This document shows, one piece after another, positions 1 to 10,136 of a DNA stretch of 64,000 bases; within the stretch, counting starts at the first letter, position 1, and each line of letters opens with the position of its first letter. The stretch spans positions 1,524,284 to 1,588,283 of the forward strand of contig CP070695.1 in assembly GCA_020353515.1 (NCBI GenBank), written 5' to 3'. A program made the position numbers and the translations under genes. The DNA comes from Candidatus Heimdallarchaeota archaeon (GTDB lineage: Archaea > Asgardarchaeota > Heimdallarchaeia > Hodarchaeales > Hodarchaeaceae). The notes under the pieces were generated by a model. It saw only the letters and a list, made by a program, of their open reading frames with translations. It did not search any database and had not been told where the DNA came from.

Positions 1-11
1 CCCAGTGCGTT

Positions 12-404
12 TTGGCTGCAATAAAAGATACTGTTGGTGTTGTCATAGATGATGTTATCAAGGCAGCTCATGGGTTATCTGGTGGCGGCAGCTTAATGGG
101 AATTGGAACATGTGGTGCTTTAGCTGGTGGTCTTGTCGCATTTAGCTGCAAATACGGTCGTGACTGTAAACAATTTGGTAAGGGTCAATTTATGAAAGGT
201 ATCCTCAAAGGAAGGTTACTGGTCAAACGTTTTGAGAATGAATATGGAGGATTTAGTTGTAACGATATTCAAAAAAAATTTGCTGGGCGTACATATGACA
301 TGTGGAATGCTGATGAAGAAAAAGAATTCAAGGAGAAGTTTAGTAGAGAATTTTGTCCACGAGTGTGTGGTAATGTTGCTAAATGGGTGATTGAGCTTAT
401 TTAA
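12..404 (+). CDS. C_GCAxxG_C_C family putative redox protein (probably 5'-truncated by the window edge)
   Basis: GTCGALAGG motif plus downstream Cys residues (SCNDI, FCPRVC). Confidence 0.8.
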   Translation: MAAIKDTVGVVIDDVIKAAHGLSGGGSLMGIGTCGALAGGLVAFSCKYGRDCKQFGKGQFMKGILKGRLLVKRFENEYGGFSCNDIQKKFAGRTYDMWNADEEKEFKEKFSREFCPRVCGNVAKWVIELI

Positions 405-464
405 AGCCCAGTATCTTAATTAATTAAAAAAGAGAGAAAAAACCTTTACTAAAGATAAAATGAG

Positions 465-860
465 GTGAATATATCGATAATTGGAATACCTTCAAATAGT
501 GGAGATATCTCAAATCCTCTTGCTAATACCTTTGAACGTTGTAACTTTTTTATTATAGTGGAATCAAAACGGCCAGAAGTGATAAGAACGTTCCTGAATT
601 GCGCTCAAACCGCTGCAAGAGGAGCTGGGATTCAGACAGCTCAATCGTTAGTTGATCAACACGTAAAAGCAGTAATTACGCTACAAATCGGATTGGATGC
701 TTTTTATATTCTTCAGGAAAAGGGAATAAGAATCTATATAGGTATTATGGGAACTATCAAGGAAAATATTGAAACATTTAATCAAAGACGGTTGATAGAG
801 CTAAAAATGGTTGCAGGGTCACAAGTAACTAGTCAACTATTAGTTGATTGTATTTATTAA
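465..860 (+). CDS. NifB/NifX family Fe-Mo cluster-binding protein
   Basis: FERCNFFIIV...GAGIQTAQ...IGLDAF pattern typical of the family. Confidence 0.8.
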   Translation: MNISIIGIPSNSGDISNPLANTFERCNFFIIVESKRPEVIRTFLNCAQTAARGAGIQTAQSLVDQHVKAVITLQIGLDAFYILQEKGIRIYIGIMGTIKENIETFNQRRLIELKMVAGSQVTSQLLVDCIY

Positions 861-967
861 CCCTAATTAGAGGAACAGGTATCATATTATTGAATTTGAG
901 ATATGCATTCTGTTTTAACTAAGATAAACAATCATATGAGGATACCATAAATCTAGAAAAATAAGGA

Positions 968-1876
968 TTGAATATGAAAATTTCAATAATAGGGCTCAAT
1001 GCATGTGGTAAAACATCAATTTACCTTACCACTTTAGGAGGAATGGCTCCGAACGAGGTCAAAGATTTAGATTCGACTGTACTATACGAAGTATGGAATC
1101 ATTATTACTTAGGGCTTCAGATTTCTCTGTGGGATTTCGGAGGTCAAGAAAAATATAGGAGTAGTTGTCTAGAAACTCCGAAACTTTTAGTAAATTCTAC
1201 AATATTAATCTGTGTTCTTGACCTCCATTGTCCTCAGGATTTTAATAAAGCAAGAAGCTATTTTGAAGATGTATATTTCTCCATAAAACAAAATGGAGGA
1301 GATCCACGTCTATATATCTTCTATCATAAGTATGATACAAAGGATTATCCAAAAAAACAGCTTGAGAAAAATCTAGCCTTAGCTAAAGCATTATTCAACT
1401 CTTCTGTCCTCAAACCTAAGTCTTATTTGACGTCTATTTATAGACAGGAGGAATTAAATGAAATATTGAGGCAGATTTTAATTGCAGACTTCAAACAATT
1501 GAAAAAAAACTTTGAACAGGTTAGAAAACGTCTCTTAAATCTACCTTCTGATATTATTATTTGTGATATGAATGGAAATGTTATAACGCATAATATTAAG
1601 TGGTTTACTACGGGTATGCAACTTGAGGAGGATTTAAGGGACTATGTTTTTGGGTGTAATATGCTGAGTCACTACTTCTTTTCAACGAAATCAACAAGTT
1701 TTTCTGCAAAATCGCATGAGAAGAAGTTGGATTTATATGTTTTAAATCATGTTTTAACTGTACTCATAATTACGTATGAAGATACACCAGTTGATCCCTC
1801 TGAAGGTATTAAGGATTTATTAAAGGAAGTGCAGATCTTTGCAGATGTGATTCCTCTTCTTGTGGCACAGACTTGA
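968..1876 (+). CDS. Rag/Gtr-like small GTPase with C-terminal roadblock/longin-like domain
   Basis: G1 GLNACGKTS, G3 WDFGGQ, Rag-type G4 HKYD, G5 TSIY; about 120-aa C-terminal extension (IIICDMNGNVI). Confidence 0.75.
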   Translation: MNMKISIIGLNACGKTSIYLTTLGGMAPNEVKDLDSTVLYEVWNHYYLGLQISLWDFGGQEKYRSSCLETPKLLVNSTILICVLDLHCPQDFNKARSYFEDVYFSIKQNGGDPRLYIFYHKYDTKDYPKKQLEKNLALAKALFNSSVLKPKSYLTSIYRQEELNEILRQILIADFKQLKKNFEQVRKRLLNLPSDIIICDMNGNVITHNIKWFTTGMQLEEDLRDYVFGCNMLSHYFFSTKSTSFSAKSHEKKLDLYVLNHVLTVLIITYEDTPVDPSEGIKDLLKEVQIFADVIPLLVAQT

Positions 1877-2062
1877 GTTTTAATCTAAAAAGGGCTATTT
1901 AAATTTCATTGATTTTTATCATTAATGACGTACGATTTGAAAAGAGGAGTGCAGCATCACAATTAAAATAGTCTGGAATTCCAACGGACAGATAGCAAAT
2001 TTTTCTTCTAGACATCAGGATCCCCTCCCTTTAACCCCCTAAAGAAATTTTTAGAGTTCAAT

Positions 2063-2872
2063 TCACCAAAACCAAGTCTTAATTAGAGTAAAAAAACCCA
2101 AACAAATAGTAGCGACTCCTATTAGTGGACTCAATTTTTCAATGGTCAGATGCTTTACTGTGAGTACAGCAAACGGTACTGAAGCCATTGCTCCTATTAA
2201 GAGGAATAACGTGAGATTGACATCTATGAGGGATCTTCCTACAAGAAAATAGATTGTGAAGGCTGAAATGCTAACCACAGCCTCAGAAAAGGATGTTGAA
2301 GCTACTGCTTCCTTGGGATTACGATTTACAATAACTTGTCCTGAAGAAACAAGTGGACCATATCCTCCACCACTCAAACCTTTATTAAATGCTGCAATAA
2401 AACCTATTCCCCAGATTCTATTCCAAGTGAATTTCCACCTGAACTTCAAAATAACAAGAAAACCTATGATTATGACAAGAATGCCTATATAAGTTTTAAC
2501 AATTGTTTTGGAAATATTTAAAGCGATTAGAGCTGCTGCTGCACCTCCAATGACTCCACATCCAGCTAAAATTAATGAAGTTTTAAAATCTGAAGAAAGA
2601 CTGAATGATCTTGAACCACTTTTTAGATTTACATGTGCTTCAAAATTCGCGTTACCTACAAAATGATGAAGAATCGCTGAAGAAAAACCAGTCAAAATCT
2701 CAGTGAACAATACCGCTGGGACTACTAGTTCATTCTCAAAACCAAAAATGAGAAGTATTGGAACAAGAATCGTTCCATACCCTCCGCCTAAAGCTGAGTC
2801 TATATATTCACATACTAATGCTGTTATTATAAGAAACAAACCTAGATTGATAATTTCAACAGAAATATCCAT
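2063..2872 (-). CDS. TauE/SafE family sulfite exporter
   Basis: Polytopic membrane protein with two repeats of GGGYG (DSALGGGYG, GLSGGGYG). Confidence 0.85.
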   Translation of the reverse strand: MDISVEIINLGLFLIITALVCEYIDSALGGGYGTILVPILLIFGFENELVVPAVLFTEILTGFSSAILHHFVGNANFEAHVNLKSGSRSFSLSSDFKTSLILAGCGVIGGAAAALIALNISKTIVKTYIGILVIIIGFLVILKFRWKFTWNRIWGIGFIAAFNKGLSGGGYGPLVSSGQVIVNRNPKEAVASTSFSEAVVSISAFTIYFLVGRSLIDVNLTLFLLIGAMASVPFAVLTVKHLTIEKLSPLIGVATICLGFFTLIKTWFW

Positions 2873-3476
2873 GATTTCTATGCCTTCTTTATTTTGATAG
2901 ACAAGTATGTGGAAATGTCACGTTCAGTAGTATAATCATTAATTTGGAGAAAATCAGTATTTAATTAACAATTATGAGTTTTAATTAACTATTATTATAA
3001 ATTTTTCTATTATAGGAAAACTTGTACAAAAGTTACTAACTAGGGCTGGACAGTATAAACTTTTATAAATCAGAACATTCTGGTAATAGGCACCATTCAA
3101 AGGGTTAATACCACTTTATTCTAATTTATTACTCCTAATAGTGTAAATAATTATACATTGATAGTAAAAAAGATTCTGAAATATTACACATTTTTTAATT
3201 CCAAAAGTTACTTAAAACCACACAAGCTACAATATGAACACAAAATGCTCCTCTTGACGATTGTTAAGGAATACCCTTAAAAAAAAATTCTGAGAGGAAG
3301 GATTAATGAGTTTTCTGGTAAAGGAAACTCTTAATGGCCGTTTAGATAACACCAATATTGACAATAAGAACTTAATCTTATTGAAAAAAGAAACCCAGCA
3401 TTATCTAATTATCCCTATTAAAAACAATAGCTTGTTTTTATTTTGAATACATTAAAAAAGATAGAAGTGGATTATA

Positions 3477-4640
3477 ATGAGTACATTCTCAAGATATGTT
3501 GTCCCAGATTTAGAATTTCGTAAGAAAATAGTAAAATTGTCTCAGGATAATGTCAATTTCTGTTACCAATGTTCCAATTGCACTGGGATATGTCCCATAA
3601 ACATGGTGTCCTCGTTTAACCCAAGAGAAATCATTCATTGGGGACAGCTTGGACTAAAGCTATTACCAATTGATTTCGAGAAATTGTGGCGTTGTACAAC
3701 TTGTGGGGCATGTGAATATGTTTGTCCCAAAGAGGTAAAAATTACTGAAATTATTGCAGCAAATCGCTCTTATGGGATAGAAAGTGGAGAAAAAGTTCCT
3801 GCTTCCTATACAACAACGTTAGAATCTTTCTTTTCTTATGGAAATCCATTCAGTTTAGGAGCTGACACTCGTATTGATTGGGCTAAGGGTTTAGATGTTC
3901 CTATTGCAAAGAAAGGAACTGATGTTCTTTATTTTGTCGGTTGTACCGCCTCTTATGATCCTCGATCTCAAAAAGTAGCTCAAGCTCTTTCTTCAATTTT
4001 CAAACATACTAAGCTAAATTTTGGTATTGTAGGGAATGAAGAAAGAGAGTGTGGAAATTGTGTTTACTTTTTAGGCGAGACAGAGTTGAGTGATCATGAA
4101 AGGGAGAGGAATGAAAAATCTATTCAAGAAGTTCACCCCTCTGTTATTGTTACAACCTCTCCTCATTCATTTAATTTCATGAAGAAGACCTATGATCTTC
4201 CAAAAGGTACGGAAGTTTATCACTACACACAGTATCTGGATCAGCTCATAAAGGATGGAACTTTAGAGTTTACCAAACCGTTATCTGATACAAATGTAAC
4301 TTTCCATGATCCTTGTTATTTAGGAAGACATAATGATATTTATGATGAACCACGCAGAGTCTTAGAGGCAATTCCAGGAATTCGATTAGCTGAGATGCCC
4401 AATAATCGACAATTGTCCATCTGTTGCGGTGGAGGTGGTGGAAATGCTTGGGCAGAAACTGAAGTTGAAGAACGACTCTCAATTCCTAGGTTAGACGAAG
4501 CAATTAATGTTGGTGCCTCAGTTTTAGCTACAGCTTGCTATTTCTGTCTACAAATGTTTGAAGATGCCACAAAAGTGACAAATCGTGTAGAAGACATAAA
4601 AGTTAAAGATATAGCTGAATTGGTTGCCGAGGCTTTGTAA
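3477..4640 (+). CDS. HdrD/GlpC-like Fe-S oxidoreductase (2x[4Fe-4S] plus CCG domains)
   Basis: CYQCSNCTGICP, CTTCGACEYVCP, YFVGC, FHDPCYLGR, CCGGGGG, TACYFC. Confidence 0.85.
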   Translation: MSTFSRYVVPDLEFRKKIVKLSQDNVNFCYQCSNCTGICPINMVSSFNPREIIHWGQLGLKLLPIDFEKLWRCTTCGACEYVCPKEVKITEIIAANRSYGIESGEKVPASYTTTLESFFSYGNPFSLGADTRIDWAKGLDVPIAKKGTDVLYFVGCTASYDPRSQKVAQALSSIFKHTKLNFGIVGNEERECGNCVYFLGETELSDHERERNEKSIQEVHPSVIVTTSPHSFNFMKKTYDLPKGTEVYHYTQYLDQLIKDGTLEFTKPLSDTNVTFHDPCYLGRHNDIYDEPRRVLEAIPGIRLAEMPNNRQLSICCGGGGGNAWAETEVEERLSIPRLDEAINVGASVLATACYFCLQMFEDATKVTNRVEDIKVKDIAELVAEAL

Positions 4641-4656
4641 TTGGAAATGAAAAGAG

Positions 4657-6645
4657 ATGATTAAAATGGAAACTGGAAGAATAGGAGTTTTTATTTGCCA
4701 TTGTGGAACAAATATCGCAGGAAAACTATCAGTTGAAGAATTAAAAAATTTCGCGAAAACTCTTCCACATGTAATTGCAGTTAGTGATACCACGTACACA
4801 TGCAGTGAGGTAGGACAGGCCTCGATTCAAGATACTATAAAGGAACATAATCTCACACATGTTGTTGTTGCAGCTTGTTCTCCAAGTATGCACGAAAAAA
4901 CTTTTCGTGCAACCATTGAAAAGAGTGGCTTGAATCCTTACATGTTAGCTATTGCCAACATTCGGGAAATGAACACTTGGGTGACTGAGGATTCAGGAAA
5001 AAGCTTGGAGAAGGCTAAAAAACTAGTAGCAGCAGCTGTGAGGAGAGTTATTACTCATGAACCGTTAGTGGAAGATCAACTCGCAGTTACACCCCGCGTG
5101 GTTGTTGTTGGAGGGGGTATTGCTGGAATAGAGGCATCTCTCCAATTGGCAAACGCTGATAAAGAGGTTGTCTTGGTTGAACGAGAACCCTCCATAGGTG
5201 GCCAAATGGCTCGTTTTGATAAGACTTTTCCTACACTAGATTGTGCATCATGTATTCTTACCCCAAAAATGGTTGAGGTTGGTCAACATCCAAACATAAC
5301 TCTAATGACATATAGTGAAGTCGAGGATTTTTCAGGTGTACCAGGTCAATACAATGTAAAAATCAGAAAGAAAGGTAAATCTATTGATGAAGAGCTTTGT
5401 ACAGGTTGTGGAATTTGTGAGGAGAAATGTCCAATAAAGAAAATACCAAGCGAATTCTATATGGGATTAGGAAATAGAAAAGCTGTTTATCGACCATTCC
5501 CACAAGCTGTCCCTCAATACCCTGTTATTGACCGAGAGAATTGTACCTACTATCTAAGAGGGAAATGTAAGATTTGTGAAAAGGAGTGCCCAACTGGAGC
5601 TATTGTCTTTGATCAAGAGGACACAATTATAGAAGTTGAAGCAGGAGCCGTCATCTTAGCTACTGGTTACGAACCGTATAATCCTTCACCTATTCCCCAA
5701 TATCATTATGGAGAGTATGAGAATATTTTTAGAGCTATAGAAGTCGAAACAATGCTTAATGCATCTGGCCCGACTGGTGGTGCATTTCTACTTCGTAAGG
5801 AAGGAAAATTCACAGATGAATCGCCAAAGACAGTAGGAATCATTCATTGCGTTGGTTCAAGAGATGATAACTATAATTCTTATTGTTCGCGAGTATGCTG
5901 TATGTATTCTTTGAAATATGCTCATTTGATTAAAGAACGAATAGATGCTACAATATTCCAATTCTATATTGATATTAGAGCGTTTGGTAAGGGTTATGAA
6001 GAATTCTATGACCGCTTACAAAAGGAAGGAGTCATTTTCATCAGAGGTAAACCTGGGCAAATCCTAAAAGATGGAGATAAACTTGTTGTACAAGTAGAAG
6101 ATTCTCTGTCCCAGAAGGCTCTACATGTCCCAGTAGATGCGGTCATTCTAAGTAGTGCGTTAGCAGCCCGATCTGATGCGAAGCAAGTAGCAACCATGTT
6201 CGGTATAGGATGTGGGGCAGAGGACTTTTTCAGAGAACTTCATCCCAAGCTCGCACCAGTTGATACACAAGTAGATGGGATCTTCTTGGCTGGAGCATGT
6301 CAGGGACCAAAAGATATTCCTGATGCTGTTGCACAAGGGGCTGCTGCGGCAGCAGGCGCATTAAGACTAATATCTCGTGGATACGTCGCTATTGAACCGA
6401 CAATTGCTTCAATAGACGAGGATCTCTGTTCCAATTGTAAGATGTGTATATCAATATGTCCTTATGATGCTATTGCTGAAGATACAGAGAAGAAAGTCGC
6501 AGTTCTAACTGCATCTAAATGTAAAGGGTGTGGTCTATGTCCTTCCATCTGTCCCTCAGGTGCTATCCATCATGCATTCTATTCCGACGAAGCAATTTTG
6601 GAAGAAATTAAAGGGATAATTGAAACAGCTCAATTGAAAGGGTGA
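4657..6645 (+). CDS. hdrA: Heterodisulfide reductase subunit A
   Basis: GVFICHCGTNI, GGGIAG FAD motif, DKTFPTLDC, CSRVCCMY, GACQGPKDIP, ferredoxin inserts. Confidence 0.95.
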   Translation: MIKMETGRIGVFICHCGTNIAGKLSVEELKNFAKTLPHVIAVSDTTYTCSEVGQASIQDTIKEHNLTHVVVAACSPSMHEKTFRATIEKSGLNPYMLAIANIREMNTWVTEDSGKSLEKAKKLVAAAVRRVITHEPLVEDQLAVTPRVVVVGGGIAGIEASLQLANADKEVVLVEREPSIGGQMARFDKTFPTLDCASCILTPKMVEVGQHPNITLMTYSEVEDFSGVPGQYNVKIRKKGKSIDEELCTGCGICEEKCPIKKIPSEFYMGLGNRKAVYRPFPQAVPQYPVIDRENCTYYLRGKCKICEKECPTGAIVFDQEDTIIEVEAGAVILATGYEPYNPSPIPQYHYGEYENIFRAIEVETMLNASGPTGGAFLLRKEGKFTDESPKTVGIIHCVGSRDDNYNSYCSRVCCMYSLKYAHLIKERIDATIFQFYIDIRAFGKGYEEFYDRLQKEGVIFIRGKPGQILKDGDKLVVQVEDSLSQKALHVPVDAVILSSALAARSDAKQVATMFGIGCGAEDFFRELHPKLAPVDTQVDGIFLAGACQGPKDIPDAVAQGAAAAAGALRLISRGYVAIEPTIASIDEDLCSNCKMCISICPYDAIAEDTEKKVAVLTASKCKGCGLCPSICPSGAIHHAFYSDEAILEEIKGIIETAQLKG

Positions 6646-6651
6646 TGCAAG

Positions 6652-7110
6652 ATGAGTTCAGAAGAAACAAACGGTTTTAATCCAACAATAATAGGTTTTT
6701 ACTGTCGGTGGTGTACACATGCTGCCGCAGATCTAGCTGGGACATCTCGTATTCCAGTTTCAGCAAACGTTATTGGAATTCGTGTCCCTTGTTCAGGCCG
6801 TGTTGATCCTAGCTTCATTTTTGACGCGTTTACCAAGGGTGCGGATGGAGTTCTCATTGGTGGGTGTCACCTTGGTGATTGTCATTATGACGAAGGGAAC
6901 TATAGTGCCTTCAAGCGAACTAAGATACTACAAAAAGTGATACAAGAATTTGGTATTGAACCAGAAAGGGTTCGCATTGAATGGATATCTGCGTCAGAAG
7001 CAAACAAATATCAACAAACGCTTAAAGAATTTACTGAAACGATTAGAGAATTAGGACCCCTAAATTGGGATAAACATTTACAGGAACGGGAGTATGAAAT
7101 ATCAGTGTGA
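6652..7110 (+). CDS. mvhD: F420-non-reducing hydrogenase [2Fe-2S] subunit D
   Basis: CRWC...AADLAG, RVPCSGRVD, GCHLGDCHY. Confidence 0.95.
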   Translation: MSSEETNGFNPTIIGFYCRWCTHAAADLAGTSRIPVSANVIGIRVPCSGRVDPSFIFDAFTKGADGVLIGGCHLGDCHYDEGNYSAFKRTKILQKVIQEFGIEPERVRIEWISASEANKYQQTLKEFTETIRELGPLNWDKHLQEREYEISV

Positions 7111-8087
7111 CGGTGATTGTGATGAGTGAAGAGAAAGCAAAAATAGCCTTTTATTGGGCAGCCTCGTGTGGAGGTTGTGAGATCGCAATCCTAGACTTGG
7201 ACGCAGTTGTGCTCGATGTAGCGGCGAAAGCGGACATTCTTTTTTGGCCTGTTGCTGTAGACACAAAATATCACGATGTAGAAGCAATGCCAGATAATCA
7301 TATTGATGTAACATTTTTCAATGGAGGCATAAGAAATTCTGAAGCAGTGCATGTAGCTAAACTTCTGCGAAAGAAATCGAAATTTCTGGTAGCATTTGGA
7401 ACCTGTGCACACTGCGGTGGAGCACCAGCTCTTGCAAACTTTAAGAGTAAGGAAGCCATTTTTGATCGTGTTTATAACACCACACCAAGTACTTCTAATC
7501 CTGAAGGGGTTTATCCTCAAACTTCTCATAATGTAGAAGAAGGAGAAGTTACCATTCCTGAATTCCTTGAAGCAGTTTATCCTCTTGATCATGTAGTTTC
7601 AGTGGATTATTATCTACCTGGATGTCCTCCTCCTAAAAAATGGATAGTAGCTGGAGTGACTGCGTTCTTAACAGGCGAGCTTCCTCCAAAAGGCTCAGTT
7701 ATTGCAGAAGAATTTGCTCTATGTAAAGAATGTCCAAGAGAAAAACCAGAAAAGCATTCAGTGAAAGAATTCAAGAGAGTCTGGGAAGTTATGGATATAG
7801 ATTTTGAGAAGTGTTTATTAGATCAAGGGATTATTTGTTTAGGACCTGCAACTAGAGCAGGTTGTGAAGCTCGGTGTATAACAACAAACTACCCTTGTCG
7901 AGGATGTTTTGGACCTGCTCCAAAAATTATTGATATGGGTGCCAAAATGATCAGTGTTCTAGGTTCTATTATTGATGAGAAAGATGAAACAAAAATGGAA
8001 CAGATTGTCGAAGAAATTCCAGATATTGCTGGAACTTTATATGAATTTACTGCAGGAAAATCAGTTTTATTAAGGAGGAAAAAGTGA
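7107..8087 (+). CDS. mvhG: F420-non-reducing hydrogenase small subunit
   Basis: SCGGC, AFGTCA, PGCPP, CLGPATRAGC, PCRGCFGP. Confidence 0.92.
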   Translation: MTVIVMSEEKAKIAFYWAASCGGCEIAILDLDAVVLDVAAKADILFWPVAVDTKYHDVEAMPDNHIDVTFFNGGIRNSEAVHVAKLLRKKSKFLVAFGTCAHCGGAPALANFKSKEAIFDRVYNTTPSTSNPEGVYPQTSHNVEEGEVTIPEFLEAVYPLDHVVSVDYYLPGCPPPKKWIVAGVTAFLTGELPPKGSVIAEEFALCKECPREKPEKHSVKEFKRVWEVMDIDFEKCLLDQGIICLGPATRAGCEARCITTNYPCRGCFGPAPKIIDMGAKMISVLGSIIDEKDETKMEQIVEEIPDIAGTLYEFTAGKSVLLRRKK

Positions 8088-8088
8088 A

Positions 8089-9573
8089 ATGACAAATAAC
8101 TATAAAAGTGTTGTAATAGATCCGATTACACGTCTGGAGGGTCATGGAAAAATTCACATCTTTCTAGATGACGCTGGTAATGTTGCTAATGCTTACTTTC
8201 AGGTGCCTGAACTTAGAGGATTTGAAACTTTTTGTGAGGGAAGGTTAGTTGAGGAGATGCCACGAATAACCACACGTATTTGCGGCGTTTGCCCAGGAGC
8301 GCATCACATGGCCTCATCTAAAGCTTTAGACAATGTCTTTAATGTCGATCCTCCTGAACCAGCGAAAAAACTCCGAGAACTCTATTATAGTGCACATATG
8401 ATTCATTCACACATTGCTCATTTTTATGCTCTTGGCGGGCCTGATTTTGTCGTTGGACCATCTGCTCCCCCAGCAAAAAGAAATATCCTTGGTGTTGTAG
8501 ACGCAGTGGGACTTGAAATAGGCACTGAAGTGATCAAACATCGCTCTTATGCACAACAGATTCAAGCAATGATAGCTGCTAATGCGGTTCTTCCGTGTGC
8601 TGGTGTTCCAGGTGGGATGCTAAAACCAATGTCAGAGGAAGAACGTATTCAAATAGAAGAATGGGCTAAATCTACCGTCGAATTTTCTAAGTTTACAATT
8701 AAAATCTTCAATGATGTGGTTTTGGGGAATGAAGACAATAAAGCATTGGTACTCGATCCTGGTTACTATATGAAAAGTTACTATATGGGTCTTGTTGATT
8801 CAAATAATCATGTGAACTTCTATGACGGGCAGATCAGAGTTGTTGATCCGAATGGAAATGAATATGCCAAATTTAACACGGATGAATATCTTGATCATGT
8901 TGAAGAACGACCACTTCCATATTCCTATCTTAAGGCTGTGTACCTTAAAAATGTAGGTTGGAAAGGACTAGTCGAAGGTGATGATTCAGGTATATATCGT
9001 GTTGCACCATTAGCTAGACTGAATGCTGCAGACGGGATGGCGACCCCATTAGCCAACGAAGAGTACAAAAAAATGATGGAAGTATTAGGAAAACCAGCCC
9101 ATCAAACTCTAGCAAATCATTGGGCCAGAGTAATCGAACAGTTATATGCAAGTGAGCGTCTTCTTGAATTAGTTCAAGATCCTCAAATAACATCCTCAGA
9201 CATTCGTGCAGAACCAAATGAACCTGATGAGGGTGTTGGTGTAGTAGAAGCTCCAAGAGGCACCTTGATACATCACTATAAAACTGATAAAAAAGGAGTT
9301 CTCATTAAAGACGGAATCAATCTTATGGTAGCAACTTGCCATAACAATGCTCCTATCTGCATCTCAATTAAAAAGGCAGCACAACAGTTTGTCAAGGGTC
9401 CTGAGGTACAAGAAGGAATGCTAAACATGGTAGAAATGGCATTCAGAGCATACGATCCATGTTTCGCCTGTGCAACTCATTCATTACCAGGTAAGATGCC
9501 TCTAGAAGTATTTCTATATGACACGAATAAGAAGGTTGTCTGGAGAAAAGCACAAAATATTGGTCGAATTTAA
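8089..9573 (+). CDS. mvhA: [NiFe] hydrogenase large subunit, group 3c
   Basis: TRLEGH, L1 RICGVC, EAPRG, L2 RAYDPCFACATH followed by a cleavable C-terminal extension. Confidence 0.95.
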   Translation: MTNNYKSVVIDPITRLEGHGKIHIFLDDAGNVANAYFQVPELRGFETFCEGRLVEEMPRITTRICGVCPGAHHMASSKALDNVFNVDPPEPAKKLRELYYSAHMIHSHIAHFYALGGPDFVVGPSAPPAKRNILGVVDAVGLEIGTEVIKHRSYAQQIQAMIAANAVLPCAGVPGGMLKPMSEEERIQIEEWAKSTVEFSKFTIKIFNDVVLGNEDNKALVLDPGYYMKSYYMGLVDSNNHVNFYDGQIRVVDPNGNEYAKFNTDEYLDHVEERPLPYSYLKAVYLKNVGWKGLVEGDDSGIYRVAPLARLNAADGMATPLANEEYKKMMEVLGKPAHQTLANHWARVIEQLYASERLLELVQDPQITSSDIRAEPNEPDEGVGVVEAPRGTLIHHYKTDKKGVLIKDGINLMVATCHNNAPICISIKKAAQQFVKGPEVQEGMLNMVEMAFRAYDPCFACATHSLPGKMPLEVFLYDTNKKVVWRKAQNIGRI

Positions 9574-9574
9574 C

Positions 9575-9612
9575 TCGCTCCCTTCTTTCCATATCTCTTT
9601 TTTTCTTTTTTA
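9575..9612 (+). terminator. Pyrimidine/T-rich archaeal terminator between convergent mvhA and protease genes
   Basis: ccttctttccatatctcttttttttctttttt-type T-runs right after the mvhA stop. Confidence 0.5.
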
Positions 9613-10095
9613 TTCTTCTTTTAAGAAATAGTTTATGTCTTCAAGAATCATTTTTTTTATGATTGGGATTTTAGCCATAGTCTCTTCTGAGACTTGATCG
9701 GATATATTTTCTTGTATAGGAATTTCAATACCAATTATTCGTATCACTTTCGGCATTAGTTCTGGCAAGGATTTTTTACCGATTTCTAGGGCTGTTGGAA
9801 AATTGATGTCATGAGGAGAAGCTAAGAATGTTGCTTTATTAAGATCCTCTGACTTTAATCTTAAAATTCGTTTTGTTGGAGAAGTAGTTTCAACACTATC
9901 GACAATAAGTACCTTATCATACCCCAACATAGTTTCTAGAACTTGTAAGCCACCTGTTGAGAGCTGTTTATAGTCAATGTCAGCAGGGCCTATTTTAGCG
10001 ACTTCTCGAACAGCTGTTATCCCTATAATATCGTCTCCAGCCAATTCATTACCAATACCTAGTACCAGAATCTTAATTTCAGTAACCTCTTCCAT
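9610..10095 (-). CDS. Hydrogenase maturation protease (HycI/HyaD family)
   Basis: LGIGNELAGDDIIG, IVDS, SPHD; adjacent to mvhA. Confidence 0.9.
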   Translation of the reverse strand: MEEVTEIKILVLGIGNELAGDDIIGITAVREVAKIGPADIDYKQLSTGGLQVLETMLGYDKVLIVDSVETTSPTKRILRLKSEDLNKATFLASPHDINFPTALEIGKKSLPELMPKVIRIIGIEIPIQENISDQVSEETMAKIPIIKKMILEDINYFLKEE

Positions 10096-10136
10096 GGGCT
10101 TTCTTATTTTTTAAAAATAATCGAGTCACTGAATAA

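Noticed and set aside
4657-9573. Selenocysteine recoding in hdrA/mvhD/mvhA
   Set aside because: The ORFs are uninterrupted with Cys at the relevant motifs; no in-frame TGA is needed
3477-9573. Evidence of methanogenesis
   Set aside because: Hdr/Mvh are widespread in non-methanogens, and no mcr or mtr genes are in the window
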